Shown here: one piece after another, positions 62,764 through 64,000 of the stretch | Layout of the letters: each line of letters starts with the position of its first letter | Position numbering within the stretch: position 1 is the first letter of the stretch | From: Nannocystis sp. | GTDB taxonomy: Bacteria > Myxococcota_A > Polyangia > Nannocystales > Nannocystaceae | Length of the DNA stretch: 64,000 nucleotides | Direction: 5' to 3' (one strand) | NCBI RefSeq assembly: GCF_016717175.1 | Contig: NZ_JADKFZ010000004.1 | Notes under the pieces: generated by a model | What the model was told of the DNA's origin: nothing | The model's input: only the letters and a program-made list of their open reading frames with translations | Databases searched by the model: none | Translations under genes and position numbers: made by a program

Positions 62764-63766
62764 TCATAAAGGGATAGCGCAGACGCCCACGTGCTTGAAG
62801 CCAAACGGGTTCGGGTCGAACCATTGCACACATGTTTGGTCAGGGTTTGGGCAGGGGTCCATCCTCGTCAAGTCGCAGTAGGGCTGGCAGCAGCCCTGGG
62901 AGCCCTGCATGCACGCGCTCGAGGCGCTGGCGGTGTCGATGCAGACGAGGCCCTTGTCGCAGGCGTTGGGGAGGTCGCAGGGGTCGTTGATCTGGCCCAT
63001 GTCGCCCGAGGCTTCGACGCACTTTACGCTCCCGTCGATGATGAGGCACAACTCGTCGCCGGGGCAGTCCTGAAGCAGCGGATTGCGGACCGGTAGGCAG
63101 AGGTTCAGCACGCTGTCGCCGAAGATGTGACACGAGAGGTCACCGTCGCAGATCGGGGCGTCAGGGGTGCCTGTGCAAAAGGCGACGCAGTGGCCCATGT
63201 TCATGTTGTTGACGTCGACGGCCCAGCACATCGCACCCGCTTCGCAGTTGTCGATGCCGCTGACACCGCTGCCCTCGGCCGTGCAGATGTCGCCGGGGAC
63301 CTTGTCACCCGTCACCGGGACACATTTGGTGGCGTTCCAGTTCCCGCCGCCATCGTCGGCCCACACGGTGCACTTCTCGCCGGGAGCGCAGTCCTGCTTG
63401 TACACGTCGCATTTGATCGTGCCACCATTGTCAAAATCATGGCCGGTGATGAAGCCGCTGGGATAGTCGCTGGTCGAGCACGCGGTATCGCAGGGGCCCG
63501 TGCTGCTGGTGCTTGTGGGTGTTCCGATCGTCGGGGCGCTGGCCTCGGTGCTGCTTGTGGCTGGTGGTGGTGGTGCTGCTGCTGCCGCTGCTGCCGCCCT
63601 CCGTGGTCTGCGGCTTCGTGGGGCCGCAGGCGAGCAGCATGGCGACACCCAGGCCCAAAGCTGCGATCGCGACCGGGGCGGGGGCGTCGAGCAATTCGAC
63701 GCCGCAGATCGGGCAGCGCGCCTCCACGCGGCGGACGAGACGGTGGCAGCGATGACACGTTCTCAT
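62764..63766 (-). CDS. cysteine-rich repeat secreted lipoprotein; N-terminal signal/lipobox in a different frame from the Cys-rich body (apparent frameshift in SSSTTTT linker ~63560-63600)
   Basis: frame ending 63766 gives MLLACGPTKP lipobox; frame ending 63648 gives more than 35 Cys body; frames switch within ACC/AGC homopolymeric codon repeats. Confidence 0.5.
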
Positions 63767-63831
63767 CGCTGCACGCTATCAGTGCGCACACGTTCTGGGC
63801 AGCGTCGCCGGCGAGGGCGGTACGCTGGCCG

Positions 63832-64000
63832 TGCAGCCATGTCGCGCCCTCAGGGCTGGTGCGGTCCGGCGCTCGGCGAGGCCGACCGCACCGTCCTTTA
63901 GCGGAGGCTTCGCTTGCCGGAGGGCCGGAAGAGGCCTCGACCGAGTCCGGCGTAGACCCGGATTTCACCCCGGCGACGGTTTGTCAGGCCGTGTTTGAGG
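63832..64000. repeat. right copy of inverted repeat (truncated by window end)
   Basis: reverse complement matches 62547-62713. Confidence 0.85.

Noticed and set aside
62577-62777. Small ORFs inside the inverted repeats (62577-62777 on plus, 63312-63968 on minus) giving similar peptides
   Set aside because: Similarity is a by-product of the inverted repeat. Differences between copies are mostly non-synonymous, so protein-level selection is unlikely.

Overview
This is a high-GC (about 70%) bacterial chromosomal segment. Its gene content points to a myxobacterium (Myxococcota): several eukaryotic-like Ser/Thr kinases, two sigma-54 enhancer-binding proteins, Myxococcus-type cysteine-rich repeat lipoproteins, and zinc-ribbon/GYF and lamin-tail-domain proteins. 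Most of the long ORFs in the six-frame track are GC-driven antisense or out-of-frame artefacts. I kept only ORFs with recognisable protein families or clean gene-like organisation. Housekeeping genes present: glyA, trpG, trpC, rlmJ, parAB, lon, dnaK, purH, purD, a DUF1015-hisZ-purA operon, purA, and tRNA-Cys. Signalling and envelope genes are interspersed among them. The features I consider most worth follow-up are listed below.

- **Dispersed palindromic element.** A motif of the form CCTGTCC-N4-GGACAGG, or the variant GGACATGTCC, occurs at 13 or more sites. Some copies sit between convergent genes like terminators. Several are embedded in-frame in N-terminal or linker regions of proteins, as RPE elements are in Rickettsia.
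- **Four-gene lipid-tailoring cassette.** Flavin-dependent halogenase, ACP, PlsC-type acyltransferase and flavin monooxygenase at 57.8-62.5 kb.
- **Inverted-repeat-flanked cysteine-rich gene.** A cysteine-rich lipoprotein gene flanked by roughly 170-bp inverted repeats (about 92% identical) at the window end, with an apparent frameshift in a homopolymeric Ser/Thr linker.
- **purD frameshift.** An apparent 1-nt insertion in purD.
- **FHA/pseudo-ATPase operon.** A tightly overlapping operon encoding a lipoprotein, a CcmH-like protein, an FHA protein with a degenerate CpaF/VirB11-like ATPase domain, and a methyltransferase.
- **Duplicated kinase module.** An STK-TPR-PBP-STK arrangement with paralogous kinases that share a conserved C-terminal motif.
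- **Short tandem repeats.** Two intergenic tandem repeats, at 9.4 kb and 52.2 kb, share a GTCATGG core.
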